From assembly GCF_000281045.1 (NCBI RefSeq), contig NW_008246084.1, forward strand, positions 75,538 through 139,537: a stretch of DNA of 64,000 bases, read 5' to 3'. Position numbers and translations under genes: made by a program. Below the pieces are notes generated by a model. It was given only the letters and a program-made list of their open reading frames with translations. It made no database searches and was not told the origin of the DNA. Positions 58,480-64,000 of the stretch are shown piece after piece. Position 1 is the first letter of the stretch, and the number at the start of each line of letters is the position of its first letter. The DNA is from Saprolegnia diclina VS20. Lineage: Eukaryota.

Positions 58480-60989
58480 ATGAACGCAACGGCAGCTGCG
58501 ACGACCGGGACGTCGGCGGCGATCATCTCGAACGGCCTCCTCATCTATGGCCCGATGCTCCTCCTCGGCTTTGCGCTCTTTGAGTGTGTGCGCTGCCGGT
58601 CGCTGTACGAGGTAGCGCCCAAGTCGCCACTGCCGTCCGGCCTCTTTCGCTGGATCCCGTTCGTGCTGCGACTGACGGACGACGAGCTCATGGACAAGTG
58701 CGGCCTCGAGACGCTCATGTTCCTGCGCTTCGTCCGCGTCGGGAAGAAGCTCGCGCTCATGGGCGTCTTTCTCTCCATCGCGCTCTTCCCGGTACTAGTA
58801 GTCGCCGTGCATGTACCTTGGACATGTCATCGAATGGCGTATGGTAGGCGTACTACAGCGAGCCGCAGCCGCATGCGCACTGGATCGACCGGCTCACGAT
58901 CGGCGGCCTCACGGACGGCGACAAGCGGTTGTGGGCGACCGTGCTCGCAGCCTTTGGCATCACGCTCACGACCATGTACCTCATCTACGAAGAGAGCGTC
59001 GCGTACAAGGAGCGTCGGCACGAGTTCCTCTCCAAGCTCGACACGCAGCAGTACAGCGTGCTCATCGACGACCTTCCGCTGCACTTGCGGTCGCATGCGG
59101 CGCTGACAAAGTACCTCGACACGATCTTCCCGCACCAAGTCGCAGCTGTCTACATTGCGGTCGAGTCCGGTGAGCTCGAGGCGCACGTCGCCGAGCGCAT
59201 TGAGGTGCGCGCGAGCCTCGAGCACGCGCTCGTCCAAGAGTCGCAGAGCGGTCGTCGCCCGACGCACTACCAGTACGACCCGCACTCGATGTGGTACCAT
59301 ACGCAAGTCGACTCGATTGCGTGGTATAACGAGCGGCTCCACGAGCTCAATGACGACATTCGCATCACGATTGCAGCCATTGAGGCGCAGCAAAAGAACG
59401 GCAGCGTCCAGTTCAACGCCAAGCAAGCGCAGCTCCTCGCGACAAGAGCGCATTTCGAAGCACAGCCACTCGAGTCGACGCCGCTTTTACCCAAGCAAGC
59501 CGTCCAGCAGCAGCGCCAGCAAGTCGCGTTCGACCTCCACGTCGCCGTCGACGAGGCAGCCCACTTTGAGGTAGACAAGAACCCTATCCCTCGAGATAGT
59601 GAGCCTTGTGTAGCATGCGTCGAATGCCCTTCGGTCCGCCGCGTTTGTGGCGTTCTCATCGCTGCAAGCGACCAACACGATCCAACAGATCGTGCAGACC
59701 GCGCGACCGTCCGAGATGAAGGTGCAGGAAGCGCCGCCCGCCGAGGACATTGTGTGGGAGAACGTCGGTCGGCTCAACTACGTCGAGCGCAAGACGGCGT
59801 TGCTGCTTAGCATTGGCATCACGGGTCTTGCCATTCTGTTTTGGACCGTCCCGACCACGTTTGTCGTCGCGCTGGCGTCGGTACGGACGACACAGTGTCC
59901 GTGTTCGAGTCTCTAACGCTGTGTCATTGGAGTAGCTGCAGTCGCTGCGGCAAGTGATCCCGAACCTCGACTCGGCGCTGGTTCAATTCCCGTTTCTGCA
60001 GCCCCTGTTGCAACAGCTCTCGCCGCTCTTGCTTGTCGTGATGAACAGCTTGGCGCCGATGCTGTTCCGCGTCCTCTCGGTCGGCGAAGGCCATGCGTCT
60101 CAGAACGCTATCGAAGCGTCGCTCTTTACGAAATACGTAATTTGTCCTTTGGCGGACTCGACGCGGCGCCGACTAAGGGTACATGTAGGTCGCGTACCAG
60201 CTTGTCCAAGTGTTCTTTGTCTCGGCGATCGCCGGTTCGATTTCCGCCATTTCCGACCAGCTCGCACGTATCGCCAAGGAGCCGTTGGAGCTCGTGACGC
60301 TCCTCGGGTCGAGTCTGCCCGGGCAGTCGACGTTCTTTTTTAGCTTTATCCTCGTGCAAACGGGCTTGACGCTGCACGTGCACCTCTTCCGCCTCGTGGC
60401 CATCATCATGGGCTGCGTCTACCGCCTCTTGGCGCCGCAGCTCACGCCCCGCGAGACGAATGCGCCGTGGTACGGGCTCTCGCCCATGACGCTCTCGAGC
60501 AAGTTTGACATTACGATCCCGCTGGCGCAGCACTTTCTCATTTTCCTCATCGTCTTGACCTTTGCGCCGCTCGCGCCGCTGCTGGCGTACATGGGCGGTG
60601 TCTTCTTTCTCGTCTCGGACATTGTGTTTCGCCGGCTCGCGTGGTGCGTCTTCCAGCCGAGCACGCGCTCGACCGGCGTCTACTGGCCGCAGCTCTACTT
60701 GTACCTGATCACAGCGCTCGGGATCGCGCAAATTACGCTCCTCGGCCTGCTCACGTTGAAAGAGGCGCCAAGCCAAGTGCTCGCGGCGCTGCTGCTGCCG
60801 GCGATGACGGCGCTGTTCCATGGCTACATGCTCACGCTCTTCCCGCCCGTCTCGGCGTACCTCCCGATCGAGATGTGCGTCGCCCTCGACGACCACCGGG
60901 CGCGCCTCGGCCACCGCCCGCCGATCGACGCCGACTTGTACAAGCAGCCTGCGATGCTGGCGGCCACACCGCTCGCGCCCGAGGTCTAG
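58480..60989 (+). CDS. OSCA/TMEM63/CSC1-family calcium-permeable channel, multi-exon
   Basis: WIPFVL..DELMDKCGLETLMFLRF, QYSVLIDDLP, APPAEDIVWEN, LGSSLPGQSTFF, STGVYWP. Confidence 0.9.
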
Positions 60990-61053
60990 TCACTCGCCAT
61001 GCGAATCGAGCTGCCACGTACAGGCGGTAGGGCAAACTCGAGCAAATGCAACC

Positions 61054-62391
61054 TCACGTGTTATTGCTGGTCCACGGTCGTATCAGCGCATCGTCGTAGC
61101 GGTGAAGTCGCAGCGTGAGCGGACGTGACGCCTTGAGTAGAGCGCGCAAGAGGTCGGACGCTATCGCGAAAGCCTCGCCGTTGACTTGATAGACACGGGA
61201 CCCGATGAGAACGCCGGCAGCAGCGCCATGACCATCTAGTCAACAGGAAGAGAGGCGTGTCATGTGGGTCGATGCGTACCAGGCTCCACAGAGGTCACGA
61301 GGACGTGTTTGTACAGGGAAGTCTGGAAGGTGCAGCCGACTTCGTTCGCCTCGAGGATCACGTCGTATGCGACAAACGGTCGGTCGATCGCAAAGCGGAC
61401 GCCAATGGGTCGGGGCACGTCGAGGCTCTGCATGATCGTGTCAAACTTGGTCATCGGTGATCCGTTGAGAGCGAGGACGCGGGCGCCAATGACGACACCA
61501 GAGACGTCGGCGTCGCCACCTGGTGTCACCTTGGAGACGACCGTGTCGCCGCGCTCGTCCTTGGTCAGGCTGAGGCCGAGCGGCGACGTCGTAGACCCGA
61601 GACGCGCTTCAAACTCGATGGTTTCGACGGACGCCGACGCAGCACACGACTGCGAGTGGACGTTGAGGTGCGAGAGATGAACGAGGTCCTCGCAGAGCGT
61701 GCACTTGACTTGCAGCGATGCCTCGAGGGCCGACAGCGATCCGCGGCGGATGGCCGACTCGGACGATGCCCGCACTACAGGCGCGCTCGCTGCTACGGAC
61801 GTGGCGTCGAGCGATGCGAGAGACGAGCGTCGGACGGGGCTGCTGCGGCCGGACGTCGGCAGTGTTGAACAGAGCGCGTCCAACGAGGCGGGCGGATCAA
61901 TCCCGAGGTCGGCGAGCACATCTAGCGCTGAGAAAGGACACTCAGCCGCGTCCGACATCCTACGTAAGCCATGAGCGACGACAAGAGAGCGCTGCGATGC
62001 ATACCGTTTGCGGTAGGCCTCGGCGACCGACGATGTGTACTTGTCGGCGATGGGGCGTTCAAAGATACCGGCGGCAAGGCACACGGTGGTCCACTTGCCG
62101 TTGCCGCCAGCTTCGAGGAGCGCGATGTCCCGCGCCGTCCACGTGTCCATGGAAAGCGACTTGACAAAGCTCGTCTGGACCCCCAGCGACCGGTGGACGC
62201 CGGCGCAGCCGAGGCAGAGTAAAACGCCGAACGTCACGGACGACCATTGCGGAAACACCTTGTTGCAGTCGGCGCAGCGCTACATGTAGCACATGAGCCA
62301 TTTGTCGCCGTGAGCACGGTCGTACGTCGTTGCCTGCCACACGGCGCATGCTGCTCTCCTTGGACGGCGAGATCGGCGCGCCCGCCGCCAT
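61054..62391 (-). CDS. ArfGAP-domain protein with a small C2HC finger and two PDZ-like domains
   Basis: GND/RCADC..PQWSSVTFGVLLCLGCAGVHRSLGV..SFVKSLSMDTW..GGN; CTLC..HLNVHSQSC; LGLSL..VVSKVTPGGDAD..G..VLALNG; second PDZ-like domain ..GVLIGSRVYQVNG. Confidence 0.85.
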
Positions 62392-63213
62392 CGTGCCCCA
62401 CAAGTTACGGATAACGAGCGGTTCGGCGCATTTTGCATACTCTATTCACACGCAACTTTCGAGCCGCACCACGTGGCTCGCCGTCGGCGTCGACAGCCTT
62501 GCGCCATTGAGCCCCCTACACGGAATCCATGTATGCTACGGCTTTGGAGAATCGTGTACGTAGAGGTCTACATGCAGTATTGTCAATACTCAAATCGCGT
62601 GATGCGAAAAAGGTTGGGTGCTGTAATCCATCCATCTCTGCGGCTGAGCTGCCATCGCCAGTTGCCACTTCTTCCGGTGGCATGCGACGGACAAGCGGCT
62701 GCAGGAACACGCGCGCTTGATGGGTCGATCGTCGTCCAGGTAATACGGTACGAGTAGATGGTGTCGATATGTATATGAATGGTCATGGCGTGATGATGAT
62801 GGTATCGGCGGTGCCACTCGGCGATGGCGTCGGCGCGCAGGCGTGGGCGACGGACGTGGTGCACGCGGCAGACCGGGGCCTTGATGAGGTCCCGACTACC
62901 CTCCCACCCTCTTCCACTGCGGTCGCGTCATGCGACTGCCCTAACGTGTTTTTTCACGTGCTTTCTCACGTGACTCAAAAGAAAGTACGGGTCCGCGTGT
63001 CGCCACCAACGTCGCTGTCTGTGCGCTTGCGTCGTCCACTTCGAGACTTGGCCGCCGCGTCGAATGCGCATGGGAATCTTTGCCGAGCCCGAGTTGCTCC
63101 CGCCTAGATGAAAGGTCCGCCTTGCCCCATGCGTCATCGACCGATCTGAGCGTCGTCGGAGCCCTTCTTAGAGTCGTAAGGTGCAACGAATAAATTAGCT
63201 TGTCATGTCGAAT

Positions 63214-64000
63214 CTAGCCCAATATCCGATCGACTTGCTTGGTGCTGGATGCATACTCGATACGAGCCATGCAGCCGAACGCAAGCGCCAGCATCGCAAA
63301 GAGAAGGAGCGTCACATCGAGCGGCGCCTCAAAGACGATGACGCCGCAGAGCACGAGGCCGTACAAGAAGAGCACCTTGGACTGCCACGACAAGCCCGAG
63401 GCCTCGGACGATGGGCGCGTCGGTAGCGCGCGGCTGGACGCCGCCCGCGGCATCGAGCGCATGGACGCGAGCCGGGGCATTGTTGGCGCCTCCGCCGCGT
63501 GCACCGAGAGGGTCCGCGCCGAGGCCGTCGCGTGGCGGAGTGTCGACTCGGACGAGGCGCGTGTGACTTCGTGCGTCGTCATGGCGCGCGGCCGCGGCGC
63601 GACGATTGGGCGGCTCACAACTGGCGCGGCCTCGGCCTCGGTCACCGCTTGTTGGTGCTGGCGGCGGCGGTTGAATTGCATCAGGTTGTGCTGGACGCAC
63701 TTGTCGCACGTGCGGATCGACTTGAGCGACGACGTCTTGATGCGCTTGACCGAGCACCGGCCGCACACGAGGTCGCCACAGACCCGGCAGTTGTGCTTCC
63801 CAAAGAGCATGAGCTTCTTGTCGCAGCATGCGCAGCGCACGTCCTTCCCCTTGGGTGCCCACTCGCTTTTCGCGCAGAGGCGCACCGAGTCCATGCCGAG
63901 GGCCTGCGGCGAGACGCGCGAGAAGGGCAGCTGCCACGTCGCCGGCGCGACCGGGCCCGGGTCGCTGCCCCGACGATCGTGTCGGGCCTTGTACGACTCG
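63214..64000 (-). CDS. FYVE-like zinc-finger protein with C-terminal transmembrane segments; frame open to the right edge
   Basis: W..CACC..KHNCRVCGDLVCGRCS..RTCDKC followed by two hydrophobic segments. Confidence 0.8.
   Translation of the reverse strand, partial: ESYKARHDRRGSDPGPVAPATWQLPFSRVSPQALGMDSVRLCAKSEWAPKGKDVRCACCDKKLMLFGKHNCRVCGDLVCGRCSVKRIKTSSLKSIRTCDKCVQHNLMQFNRRRQHQQAVTEAEAAPVVSRPIVAPRPRAMTTHEVTRASSESTLRHATASARTLSVHAAEAPTMPRLASMRSMPRAASSRALPTRPSSEASGLSWQSKVLFLYGLVLCGVIVFEAPLDVTLLLFAMLALAFGCMARIEYASSTKQVDRILG

Noticed and set aside
62769..63107. 112-aa ORF between the ArfGAP and FYVE genes
   Set aside because: No recognisable motif and uncertain splicing; insufficient support.
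44903..64000. Apparent functional cluster of membrane-trafficking genes (GET2-like, tepsin, FYVE x2, ArfGAP)
   Set aside because: These are unrelated housekeeping families in mixed orientation; chance adjacency in a gene-dense genome is sufficient.

Overview
Eukaryotic draft-scaffold window with 8 N-gaps, all in the first 18 kb. It is GC-rich and gene-dense with 40-65 nt GT(ACG)..AG introns. Gene content and intron style point to an oomycete, most likely Saprolegnia (inference). (1) 1-18.7 kb: an unstable, duplicated cluster of ankyrin-repeat genes, some fused to a TKL kinase and a shared C-terminal Zn-ribbon/helix module. Each ankyrin repeat is its own 99-nt phase-0 exon, and paralogs differ in exon number. 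Gene fragments and a Tc1/mariner MITE are interspersed. (2) 19.6-32.2 kb: two divergent genes encoding arrays of uncharacterised modules + a catalytically degenerate 3'-5' exonuclease-like domain + a Ycf45/SpoIIIAA-type ATPase. Their 3' 1.45 kb form a near-identical inverted repeat. A third gene consists only of the same modules. (3) 32.3-42.7 kb: five alpha/beta-hydrolase paralogs, interrupted by a defective Tc3-like DD34E transposon with 200-bp TIRs, an orphan ORF and a perfect 35-bp hairpin. (4) 43.5-64 kb: ordinary single-copy genes (UBL protein, GET2/CAML-like, PP2A B56-like, tepsin, TMEM104, two FYVE-TM proteins, OSCA/TMEM63 channel, ArfGAP-PDZ). No rRNA, tRNA or CRISPR was seen. All family calls come from motif recognition by eye; no database search was run.
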